This document shows, piece after piece, positions 46,545 through 56,250 of a stretch of DNA of 64,000 bases. How positions within the stretch are numbered: the first letter of the stretch is position 1; each line of letters opens with the position of its first letter. The notes beneath the pieces were generated by a model. That model had not been told where the DNA came from, ran no database searches, and was given only the letters and a program-made list of their open reading frames with translations. Source of the DNA: Caecitellus pseudoparvulus (Eukaryota > Protista > Bigyra: Bicosoecida); the NCBI GenBank assembly GCA_965644315.1, contig CBFFRQ010000068.1, positions 248,001-312,000 of the forward strand, given 5' to 3'. Both the position numbers and the translations under genes were made by a program.

Positions 46545-49380
46545 TCAATGCCGCTGCAACGGGTTGAAGCGCACGACCTCTGAGCCTCGACGGCGCTCGT
46601 CTTTTGTGGCAAGTGCTCCAGAGCCACCTCCGGCCTGCACCACCCTGCCTCGCAAAGTAGACGTGTGGGTCTGGGCAGGGATCTTCATGGGTGTTTTTTG
46701 GCCGCTGCTGGAGGCCTTTGAGTGCTGAGAAGACACCAGGCACCACTGCACGGCAGTGCCCAACACCAAAGCAAGCGCCAACGTGCCTACCGGGATCACG
46801 ACAGGGAGCACCCCCTGCAAGCCAAACGCCACGTACCCAAGTACAAGGCTGGCCCAGGCCATGACCATCAAGACAATGGCACAGTACCTGTGTGCCATCT
46901 CCCACACATTGCGCAGGAGAGCATTGCCAGCGTTGACATCCGGCTCAGCCACAACGTCCACTGCCACGGCACCTGGCACAGCAGACTTGGCCTTGGCCTT
47001 GGCAGGCTTGAAGAGGGCCCAGCCAACTTGCACTAAGGAGACTGCGTAGACGATGACCCCAATGATCGAGTGGGTAGTTGCGAAGGCTGCCCCAGACAGG
47101 AACAGCGCCAACACAAAGGCCACTGCCGAGACGCCAGCGGCGAATACTTGTGCCCACCAGTGGTACGTGTACCAGAGGCCCTTGGGCAATGCTGCCGCAG
47201 GCCGGGAAGGGTCCTTGAACTTCGCATCATGGTTCGAGCAGCAGCCCCGGCGGCGCTTCTCGGGGTTCAACGCAAGGGCGAAGAAGACTCCCAGCGGCAC
47301 CAACAAGCCCCATGCCACCGTCATGAGCACACCGTGCACCAGGTACAGCGGGTCCTTGGAGCTGGCAGAGAAAGATCCCGTGAGCAAGTTCACGCTGCCA
47401 CCACCACGGCGGTTAGCTCCGTGGTTGGTCAGGCCCGTCTCGCCGGACTGTCCGTGCGCCCACATGATGATGATGCTGCTGCCAGCTCGCACACTGGGAA
47501 GCAGGTCAGCATCTTCTGCATCGGCTGCCGACAGAGGGTGGGCAAAGCGCAGCACTGTCTGCCCTGCTGCTCCTTCGGCTGCACCCGTCACGATGCTGGC
47601 GCTGGCTCCGATGTCCTGCACGGTGTCCTCACGCACGCCAGACATAGATCGGGCGGACAGCACAAGGTCCACGACTCGAGCCGAGCCAGGGTACCCTGCC
47701 ACGGCGTCAGCACCCACCATGTTGAACGTGGAGCTGAATGCGACGGAGGCCCATGCGTTCTCCACAGGTACTCGGGCCTCCACCAGCAGCAGGGCCCCTT
47801 GAGTCACTTCGCCTGTGCTGCGAATGCACGTGCCATCGGCATCCACGACACTCCACAAGATGACCACGCCCCCCCCCGCGTCCACCTGAAACGCGTGGTC
47901 AGCTTGTCCACTTGCGCAGCCATTGGGTTGTGTCACTGTTGGGTCCTGTGCCGAGTACACGATGTTGTCAGGCGCTCGTGCGTTTGCAGTCGGCTCCAGC
48001 GCGCTCGTCACTGAGCCAGAGTACAGTGCGCTGCCGGGCATGGCTGCCAAGGCGGCCAAGGCCTCGGCCAAGTCTACCGTGGACTGGAATGTCGACGTGT
48101 CGGTGGTCAGCGTGGAGTCTCGTGAGCCTGTGAGGACGATGGTGGCATTGAAGCCTGCCGCCGCACTGCCTCCCACATCCATCACGTGCACGCGTGTGGA
48201 GGTGGAGGGCAAGCCGAGGGCTGTCCGCACGTCGTCTCGTAGCAAATCTTCCCACGCTGCACGCTCTGCAGAGCCTGGCGCACCCACCCGCTCAGCAATG
48301 GAGCCTACAAATACCAGGGGAACCAGGGCGACTCCTGTTGGCACCAGGTCACACGTGGCGGCTCCTTGGCTGGGAGGAGTGAACGCCGCGGCGCAGGTGG
48401 AGCAGGTGGGCCCACCAAACCCTACGTTGCACTTGCACGTCGCAGAGCCACCCACCACGACACATTGGCCGTTGGGGACAGCGCAAGGCGGGAAGCATGC
48501 CGCAGGGGTGGGGGAGGGGGACATGGAAGGCGTGGTGGCGGCGCTGGGCGTAGCTCCCGGCGTGCCAGCAGGAGTCGCGCCCACAGACACGCTAGCGGAT
48601 GGGGACGGCGTGGGCGATGGGGTGCCCTGGGGTGAGCCTGAAGGTGAGGGAGCTGCCTGCTCCATGAGCGACTTCTGGGCCACGTAGTACGTGCTCTTGA
48701 CGCGCACCAGAGCTGCCCACAGTCGAACCTGGCCGTGCCCCGCCGCCGGCGCCGTCCATTGCATGGAGGAGGTGGCCTTGGTGGCAGCAGAGCTGTGCAC
48801 GACGCCGTTGCAGCCGGTCTGCTTGCGCAGGCCCTGAGCGGCAAGGCCTGTAGACGACCACGTGCCTAGGCGCGTGTTCATGGATGTGCCTGCGAAGGAA
48901 GGGAAGGGAAGTGCATAGCGTCGGCGAGGAGGGGAGCGTGAAGAGGCGCGCGCAGCCGCACCCTGGAAGGCGTATGCCAGCAGTCCCCGGTAGTCCGCTG
49001 CGCCGCCTTGCTTGTTCACTGTCACTGTGTATGTCGCGCCGGGAGTGTAGGACAAGCCTGCTGGCTGCCCAGAGCTGGTCTCGGTGATGTCCAAGACGTA
49101 GTCACTGTTGATGTAAGGATCGGACCCGGAGCTGTAGTCGATGCTGTTCAAGGGGCTGTGGTTTGGTGCCAGGATGCACTGGTTGTACCCTGCGCGGGGG
49201 AGGCGAGCTGCGTGCTTCGCCGCCAGCGGATTGGTCGCTGTGGCACTCCAACTCACCAGTACTGTAGGAAGCGGCCCTGGTCGCCAAGAGCCCCAGCATC
49301 AGTGCCTTGAGTACTCCGAAAGATGTACCTCTTTGAACACGCCCGCATGGTGTCGCCATGCAGCTTCCTCTGCCCGCCAT
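46545..49380 (-). CDS. Ferric-chelate reductase-like protein: signal peptide, Reeler, S/P/T linker, EGF, DOMON, cytochrome b561; multi-exon
   Basis: Reeler motifs YTPGATYTVTV, YRGLLAYA, VVHSS..K and WTAP. EGF motif CVVVGGSATCKCNVGFGGPTC. DOMON motifs MVGADAVAG, IMWAHG and NHG. b561 His motifs HGVLMTVAWG, YHWW, HSIIG and AHRY. Confidence 0.85.
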
Positions 49381-49725
49381 GCCCAGAGTGTGGCAGTGGC
49401 AGCAAGCACTTCAGTGCAGCTCTGCACTCTCCGCTCTGCAATGGGGAGCAGGAGGCAACAGAAGGCGGCATGCAGTGAGGGGAATCCGAATCATGTGTAG
49501 AAGGTGCGTGTAAGGCCAAGCAGTTTGCGTGTTTTTTTCCCAGGCGTTGCGATTGCACTGCTTCCGACTTGGCCGTGAGGTGGTGCATTCAGCGCCCAGC
49601 AAAGCCTGCTCAGACTCGGACACCTCGTCGGCTCACCCAAATCAAACGCATCATACACTCGCCCTCATGGCCACCAGATCATCCATCGAGCCCCCCAGTG
49701 TCCTGGATCCTCATCGAAAGCCACC

Positions 49726-50307
49726 ATGCGTGTTTTCAGCTTCCTGCTGGCTCTGGCAGTCGCCACCGTGGCCCTCTTCGCCCCTGCGGAGGCCAAAGAG
49801 AACCTCCCTGCGCACGCCAAGCTGCGCATTGGCGTGAAGCACCGCCCTGATGACTGCCCCCGCCGCTCCAAGAAGGGCGACAAGCTCAGCATGCACTACA
49901 CGGTACGCCACGTGGGCGGGGCGGAAATTGACAGCGCTCACCACGCCGGGTGCGCCATCTGCCACCCCCCACAGGGCACGCTGTACACTGATGGCAGCAA
50001 GTTTGACAGCTCGGTGGATCGTGGCACCCCCTTTGATTTCACGCTGGGTGCTGGCCAGGTGATCAAGGGCTGGGACCAAGGTGTGTGCAATGGCGCGAGC
50101 GACTGCGTGCTGGCGCACCACGCCCCCCCCCCGCACGCCCGCACTTCTGCAGGCCTGACGAACATGTGCATTGGCGAGAAGCGCAAGCTGACCATTCCCT
50201 CTGGCCTGGGATATGGCTCCGCCGGTGCGGGCGGAAAGATCCCCGGCGGGGCCACCCTGGTGTTTGAGGTGGAGCTGCTGGACATCAAGAACGAGGAGGA
50301 GCTGTGA
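49726..50307 (+). CDS. FKBP2: ER peptidyl-prolyl isomerase FKBP2/FKBP13, 3 exons
   Basis: Signal peptide, then KLRIGVK...[63 protein letters not shown]-terminal EEL. Introns 49903-49974 and 50081-50152. Confidence 0.95.
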   Translation: MRVFSFLLALAVATVALFAPAEAKENLPAHAKLRIGVKHRPDDCPRRSKKGDKLSMHYTVRHVGGAEIDSAHHAGCAICHPPQGTLYTDGSKFDSSVDRGTPFDFTLGAGQVIKGWDQGVCNGASDCVLAHHAPPPHARTSAGLTNMCIGEKRKLTIPSGLGYGSAGAGGKIPGGATLVFEVELLDIKNEEEL

Positions 50308-50335
50308 AAGTGAATTCAATGCACATCCATAGCAC

Positions 50336-51096
50336 CTACACGTGGCGCACTGTCCGGGTGGTGGTAGTAGTGGACTTGTACACGGACATGCCGGCCGCTG
50401 GGTTGCTGGTGCCGTGAGAGCTGGCACCGCTGGAAGCGCCTCCTCCGCAGCAGGAGCAGGCGCACGACACGCCGCAGGCCTGCAGGAGGGGGTATGGGTA
50501 CGGCATGTTGCCGACACAGTGCAGGATAAGATAGGTGATTGCGGTAATGAGGACCAGCAGGCTGAGAATGAACATCGCAAGGGTGGTGCCGGCAGGGTTG
50601 TTGTAGCAGAGGGCACCGAGGCTGTGCAGGGCAAGGCAATCATGCGACAGTCGAAAGGAGAGGTGCACCAGTTGTCGCCCAACGCACTACAGCAAGAACA
50701 GGCCTTTGCCCATGTAGCTTCGCGTGTAGAAGGGGAACCAGATGTCAATGAAGCTGTGAGGTGCTCAGCCACGTCGCTGTGCGACGGGGGTGCAGAGCAA
50801 GTGGAGCCCAGCGCGTCACGCACGGAACCCATGCCAGAGCCATGGTGATGATCATGATGCCAAAAATTCTGGAGGGCGCGGGGCAGAGAGGGGCGTGCAT
50901 GCGCTCGCAAGCGGCGGCTGCCGGCGGGGTGGCTCTCTCACAGCAGGAAGGCACCCAAGATGAACGAAATCACGGCGCCCTGGAGGCCAAAGAGAAAGGG
51001 GAACAGGCCACAGATGAAGACGAAGATGCCAGCCAGCAGGTCCAGCACACCCAGCACGATGCTGCAATCACACGAGCAGGAGACACGCCCAGACAT
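50336..51096 (-). CDS. Tvp15/COPI-associated-like small membrane protein, paralogue a, 4 exons
   Basis: Spliced product includes IFGIMIITMALAWVP-FIDIWFPFYTRSYMGKGLFLLY-LGAL, matching the F.F..s..GRG.f...G.L pattern. About 4 TMs. Confidence 0.65.
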
Positions 51097-51323
51097 GGCT
51101 AGCGTGCAGTTCCCGCTCTGGCTCTGGCAGGTTCGTGGGCACCCGCCAGTTCACCACGTGCACTGCGAGCCCGAGGCGCGCAGCGGGGCTTGGGGCAGTG
51201 CTCTACTGCTTTGCAGTTCATAGGACAGCAGCCCAGCCAGCGTTCACCCATTGCACGTGCATTTTGCGGGGTACGTGCAAGTGGTGTGCGAGGCTCGCAG
51301 CCACAGATTACGCAGCCGCTGCC

Positions 51324-52127
51324 TTATGCCTTGGGAGCCACAGCAGAGCCCCCGCCACTCCCTGACGTGTTCACCTCCGCGCCGCAGCAGAAGTTGCAGG
51401 AGCAGTTGACGCCGCAGAGGGAGAGGAGGGGAACAGTCTTGACCTCCTGCCCCACGCAGTGCAGGATCATGTACGTGACGGCGGTGATGAGGACGATGAG
51501 GCTCAAAATGAAGCCAAAGACGAGGCCGCCAACTGGAGGCACAAACACGAGCGCGCCCAGGCTGCGAGCAAGCAGGCAGAGAGCAGCGTGCCGTCGTGCG
51601 TCGGCAGTGAAATAGCACAACGGCCATCGCCGGCGCCAGGGGCGATGGGCACGCACAAGAGAAACCACAGGCCCTTTCCGAGCAAGGATCGGGTGTAGAA
51701 TGGGAACCACGTGTCAACGAAGCTGCAGGGGGGGTGCGAAGTGCGTGGACAGGTCGAGGGCCAGGCGTCACCAACTGCCGCCTTGCCAGCCGCAAGCTGC
51801 TTGCGGCACGAGCGCAGAGCAGGCGCAGCGCAGCACTCACGGCATCCAGGCCAGTGCCATGATGATGATGAGCACGCCAAATGTTCTGCGTTGGGGGCAG
51901 GTGGCGGACAACGTGGGGGCCGCCGTCGCGACATGTTCCAGCCTGCCAACGGGCAGCAGCAGACGTGCAAACCTAACGCACGTCATGAAAAACGCGATGA
52001 TGAAGCCGCGCACGCTGAAGAAGGTGAAGATGGGAAGCAGACCTGAGAGAGCGACCAAAATGCCCGTCAAAAGATCCAGGATGGAGAAGAGCACCCCGCA
52101 GTTGCAGGAGCAGGAAGCAGAAGCCAT
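51324..52127 (-). CDS. Tvp15/COPI-associated-like small membrane protein, paralogue b, 4 exons
   Basis: TFGVLIIIMALAWMP...DTWFPFYTRSLLGKGLWFLL-LGAL, with the same intron positions as paralogue a. Confidence 0.65.
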
Positions 52128-52322
52128 GGTCGACGTGTGGCGTGGAGGCAGGCGGGCACTTTTCGACGTGCAGACGGCGTGAGACAGGTCAAAGGACGGT
52201 TGGTTCTTACTGTGGCGGAATGGGTGGGGACAAAGAGTTAGAGGGGAGTTATTGAGCACTCGTGTGCAGTGCGTGGCCACCACTGTAGCGGGTGGGACCC
52301 CCCCCCCTGGCTCCAAGCGGCA

Positions 52323-52332
52323 GCGGAAATTG
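52323..52332. promoter_or_regulatory. GCGGAAATTG motif (one of six exact copies) in a divergent promoter
   Basis: The exact 10-mer also occurs at 12253, 23796 (rc), 31611 (rc), 39974 and 49921, all near gene starts. Confidence 0.5.
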
Positions 52333-52543
52333 CGCGCCTGTCGCAGCCACCGCCTGGTTGATCTGGCGAAGCACTGAAGGCCGGCGTGCACCGAGCAGCA
52401 AACACCCGAACACCATAACATAGCAAACACAGTGTCATTAACTGACAACGACCAAGTGTTTTTCCTGCCACTCTTGCCACCAAAGGCGGGGTGATGCTGC
52501 AAACGCTCACATCGCTCGCCACGCCCACCACGCCAACATCAAC

Positions 52544-54534
52544 ATGAAAGGAGCAAGCACGGCTGCCGCTGCGGCTGCAGCCGCCGCGTGGGCCTTGTAT
52601 CCCGGAAGGCCTCTTTTCAACTCGGCGGCTGGGCGCGACCAAGGAAGGAGCACCAAAGCTGAGCACATCATGGCCAGCACATCGAATTCCGCAGGACACC
52701 TGCAGCACTCGCTGGGGTACACTGACTCTACAGCCCTGCCATACCCGAAGCTGGAGGAGGGGATTGCTGGAGCATTGAAGCACGTCATCGTCATTTCTCG
52801 CCACGGTGATCGCAGCCCCGTACACGGCCACATCGGCGGGTGGAACTTGTGGAGCGACGAGAAAGCTTTGGCCAAGTGGCGGCGCGTGGTCACGTCAGGC
52901 CGAGAAAACAGTGAGGCCCTGCGCTTGTGCCAATCAGTGCGCTGTTGGTCTCAATGTTCCCACCTCCTTCCCGCTTCTCAGCACCCAACCACGCGGCAGA
53001 GGCTCCATTGAGCCCCCCCTCCAACGCGGGCATCTTCCCAACAAAGGACGCCCGCAAGGGCAAGGCTCCCTTGGGGCAGCTGTCTGGCGTGGGGGCGCTG
53101 CAGCTGAGACGGCTTGGGGAGTGGCTCCGGGCAGCGTACGTGGGGCAGGGCCTCCTGCCAGCGGAGCTGCCAGACGCCGCCTCGGCCGCAGCTGCAGTGG
53201 CCGCCCGCAGCACGAACTTTACGCGGAACATCCACAGCATGCAGAACATGCTGTACGGGTTGTATCCACCCCACACACGCGGTGGTGGCGCCCTCACCCC
53301 CATCCTCGTGCGCAGGCTGGCGTCGGAGACGCTGCTGCCGTCTTCGGGGCCTCCCTGTCCGGGTCTTCAGCGGGCCCTCGGCCTGGGCATCCACGCCCTG
53401 GCCGTGGCGTCGGATGCCGTAGCCCATCCGTGGGATGTATCATCCCACACGGCAGCGCTGGCCACCCTGCAGGACCACCTAGGCCTGGACGAGCAAGGGG
53501 CTGCCGCCTTCCTGCGAGATTGGCGCCGCTGCACCTGTGCCGAGGCAGCAGTGGCTGACCTCCTGGGCTTCCCACGGGATGCACCCCAACGCCAGTGGTG
53601 GGAGGCGCTTGTGAGGCGCGAGGCGAAGGGTCTGCAAGTGACAGACCCGACTGCCGTGGCAGTGGAGGTGCCTGACCCTGCCGGCCTAGGCGGCTCCACG
53701 CACCTGTTCAACAGCCACACACCGGGCAGCGACGGTGCCACCCATGCCCTGAACCACGCCTCCATCTCGGCTTCCTTTCCCTGGTATGCCATTCTTGACC
53801 TGGCCAAGTGCAGCTATAGTCATGGTGTGTTCCCGGCGTGGCCGGGAGGTGACCTGCACATCGACCTCTTCCGCCGCTTGCAGCGGTGTGGCGTGCGCCA
53901 GTTTCAGGCGGCGTTCGCCACCATGCCTGGCCTGCGCCTAAGTATTGGGCGTGGGTGGGCCGACATCCTCGGGCAGCTGCACGCGGCGGCGGGGTCGGTG
54001 CCCCCACGCCAGGCCTCGTGGGCTGCGCCCTTCGCCGTGCAGGGCAGAGAAAGCCCTCTGACCCGCGCCGCGCCGCGCCCAGGCCATGCCCTATCAATCT
54101 TCCTCGGCCACGACGCGACACTGGCCCCCCTGCTGCAGAGCCTGCGCTGTCACTCGGGCAAGGAGTGGCCGGCCTACGCTTCCACCCTCATCTTCGAGCT
54201 GTACGAGGGCGCTGCGCCTGGTGAGCCCCACGCCGTGCGCGTCATGTACAATGGAGAGCCCCTCCCACTGGCACGTGTCCTCCGCCGGGCGGAGACTGTG
54301 CGGGAGTTCGAGGGCGCGGCGTTGCGTGGCTCACCCAGCGATGCGCCAAGCCACGGCAGACTGCTGACACAGCCGGAGGGGGGATGGGACGCCACAGGCT
54401 CGATGTCAGATGCCGACACGCTGGTGTCCCTGCCTGCACTGTCAGAGTATCTGGCACCCTTCACTGTGTCAGAGGCCGCTTACAGCGATGCTTGCCTGGC
54501 AAGCACCTTGCACAAGGCAGCCGCCAGGCCGTGA
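52544..54534 (+). CDS. Histidine acid phosphatase (ACP6-like), 2 exons
   Basis: Motifs RHGDRSP, GQLSGVG...LG..LR..Y, RSTNFTR, GHDATL, WPAYAS.LIFELY and VRVMYNG. Intron 52911-52981 restores the frame. Confidence 0.9.
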
Positions 54535-54693
54535 CGTGGCAGCTTCCCTCTGACGAGCCTTGGCAGGGCGAAGAAAAAGTCAAAATGCAACTGCAAGCTG
54601 CGGAGTGTGTGCTGCAGAGCTTCACTCGTGCCTAGAGCGTGTGGCCCTCTGCCTGTCTACGATCCACGCTGGCTTGTGTTTGCAGCGGCGACC

Positions 54694-55851
54694 ATGGCCT
54701 CCCAAGGTGCTGCCACGGCTGCGCGCATGCGCTTGTACGAGCCTGAAGACGAGGCGCCCACCCATGGCACATCCTTGGTGGAAGATCCCGTCATCAAAGT
54801 CCCCAGCACGACTTCGTCGGGACAAGCCCCTCCTGACCAGGCTCACCCAACCGTGGTCGCTGCGACTAAGCCGCCTACCGCGCCTTCAGCGCCATCTCAG
54901 AGCCCCGCTGCCCTCGCGATTCTCTCGAGAGCACTCAAGGCCAGCGAAGCGGAAAAATCGTCTCTGCAAGCGCAACTTGCCGCTGTGCAGGCCGCCCAAG
55001 CTTCCAGGGATGGCGCACCCAGCAATGGCTTGGGGTCACAGGAGGGCTCTGCCGTGGAGCTGTTGCTGCGCCGAGCTCTGGCCAGCCACCAACACGCCCT
55101 CACCCTGCTGAACACGTGCATGGCTCACATGTCAGGCCGGCCACCCGCAGACCTCCCCTCAGGCCTGGGGGAGTCCGCCTCCCTCGCCAAGGTGCCGTCG
55201 CCGCGGCTGGAGCGAGCGGTGTCCCTCCTTGAGGCTGCAGTGTCAGGGGCCGCCCCGGTCGTGCACAGCCTGACACAGCAGCCCCTGCGACCGGCTATCG
55301 CAGCACCAAGTGCTGGGGCTCCTGCGAGCCCTGCGCTCTCGTCACAGCAGGCTGCCCCTCTGCGGCTGTGGGACACTGCTCCGGCACCTGCCTCCCCGCC
55401 AGCTCACGCAGGGGTGCCCGCAGAAGGTGAGGCACCCAATGGTGAACGAGAAAAACGAGCCTCTGGTACTGCGCGCCACTCAGGGTCTCCAGGGGCCCGT
55501 GCCCAGTCAGGCCGTGACCTGAGCGGCACACTGAGGTCAACCACAAGCCTTGGCGCGACAGGCGCGCTCAGGCGAGAGGAGCGTGCGAGGGATGATGAAA
55601 ATGATGCTGATGACATCTTCTCTGAGATCCTTGAATGTCCTTCTCCGCAGGAGAGGAGTGGGGCGCCAGTGGAGGCTGCTGTAGAAGCCCCCACCTCCCA
55701 GGCGGCTGCGTCGCAGTCCCCAGTGAAAGTAGTGCGGAGCACGGTTGCTTCCCCGAGCAGCGCACTTCGCAAGTCCACCAGGCGCCGAACAAAGCTTGGC
55801 GCCAGCTCCCTCTCCAGGCGCCTACCTGCGAGCCCAGCCTCACACCTTTGA
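54694..55851 (+). CDS. Hypothetical low-complexity protein with short coiled coil
   Basis: Long open frame with an ACCATGG start context, coiled-coil-like LSRALKASEAEKSSLQAQLAAVQ, S/P/A-rich. Confidence 0.55.
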   Translation: MASQGAATAARMRLYEPEDEAPTHGTSLVEDPVIKVPSTTSSGQAPPDQAHPTVVAATKPPTAPSAPSQSPAALAILSRALKASEAEKSSLQAQLAAVQAAQASRDGAPSNGLGSQEGSAVELLLRRALASHQHALTLLNTCMAHMSGRPPADLPSGLGESASLAKVPSPRLERAVSLLEAAVSGAAPVVHSLTQQPLRPAIAAPSAGAPASPALSSQQAAPLRLWDTAPAPASPPAHAGVPAEGEAPNGEREKRASGTARHSGSPGARAQSGRDLSGTLRSTTSLGATGALRREERARDDENDADDIFSEILECPSPQERSGAPVEAAVEAPTSQAAASQSPVKVVRSTVASPSSALRKSTRRRTKLGASSLSRRLPASPASHL

Positions 55852-56250
55852 CCAGGTCCACGTGGCGCCTGGCTCCAACATTGCGGGCCTTGAGCAGGTC
55901 AGAGTGCCAAAGGAGCATGGTGCTTGCCAGATGCATGAAGCTCCTTTGTTGACGGCCCACAAGGCCGCTGCGCATGCCGCTCAGGTGGAGTGGCCCCCCC
56001 AGCCCCCATTCAAGCTCCAAGCGGGTCGCGCTCCAACAGTGCAACAATTCAAGGCCATTGCACCCTCTGTTGACTGCGCTGTACAAGAATGTGGCCCATT
56101 TGCATGCAAATGCGTCTGCAGCGCCGGCTTGCAGTTCAGCGCCAGGCTCATCCCAACCTGTGGCCCGCAGAGTCTGGCCACCTGCGAGAAACGTGAGCGA
56201 AGGTCAAAGGGCTCCATTAGAAGTGTGCGGAGAGCTGCTATACTTTTAGC

